From a bacterium (GTDB taxonomy: Bacteria; Zhuqueibacterota; Zhuqueibacteria; Oceanimicrobiales; Oceanimicrobiaceae), in contig JBHIAC010000027.1 in NCBI GenBank assembly GCA_046758365.1, positions 1-26,771 of the forward strand: DNA of 26,771 bases, in the 5' to 3' direction. This document shows, piece by piece, positions 26,436 through 26,771 of this stretch. The translations under genes and the position numbers were made by a program. A model generated the notes under the pieces. It worked only from the letters and a program-made list of their open reading frames with translations, made no database searches and had not been told where the DNA came from. Each line of letters opens with the position of its first letter. Position 1 is the stretch's first letter.

Positions 26436-26771
26436 GTTTTATAAAAAAGACCCCGACTATCCACTCTCATAAAACTCAGAGAAGAATTTTAGGATCGTTC
26501 CCAAACGTGTTCTCCAAAATTTCGGACCATGATTCGCACTGCCATTGTCCGGCACATTATCGGATGCGGCCGGCACAATTCCCCCCTCAACGGGTATGCC
26601 CTTATCTTTAATGCGAACAACGGATATTTTAAAAATTATTTTCAAATACCACATCCTCCAAAGGCATCTAATTGCACGGTACAAGTAACCAACTCGTACA
26701 ATCAGAGATGGGCTCTTATCCGTTGGGTTTCATTAGGATTTGTAACTCTTTTCAGGATTCATAAAGAATCC

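Noticed and set aside
26457..26684. 75-aa ORF containing NHGPKFW, reminiscent of SprT/YgjP metalloprotease C-termini
   Set aside because: No HExxH motif, TTG start without RBS; too short a match to support a gene or pseudogene call.

Overview
AT-rich bacterial chromosomal window in which every credible gene lies on the minus strand. Gene content and order (hrcA-grpE-dnaJ without dnaK, secreted TPR proteins, a giant Ig-repeat protein) suggest an FCB-group organism such as KSB1/Calditrichota, but this is inference only. In transcription order (right to left): (1) a tight three-gene cassette behind a perfect TTGACA-N17-TATAAT promoter, encoding a purple-acid-phosphatase-like metallophosphoesterase, a V8-like trypsin-fold serine protease and a caspase-family (C14) multidomain protease, all with intact catalytic motifs and no signal peptides; this is the best candidate for an undescribed protease-cascade defence or cell-death system; (2) two tandem paralogous secreted TPR proteins; (3) SAM methyltransferase, pdxA, a second methyltransferase, ftsE, ftsX; (4) a long closely spaced run hrcA-grpE-dnaJ-comEA-pilin-like-pilM-(PilN/PilO fusion)-rsmD-coaD-aminotransferase-pckA; (5) a cytoplasmic TPR protein; (6) a small secreted protein and the 5' part of a giant Ig-repeat surface protein that share a homologous N-terminal domain, preceded by a sigma54-like motif. 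No rRNA, tRNA, CRISPR array or intact mobile element was seen.
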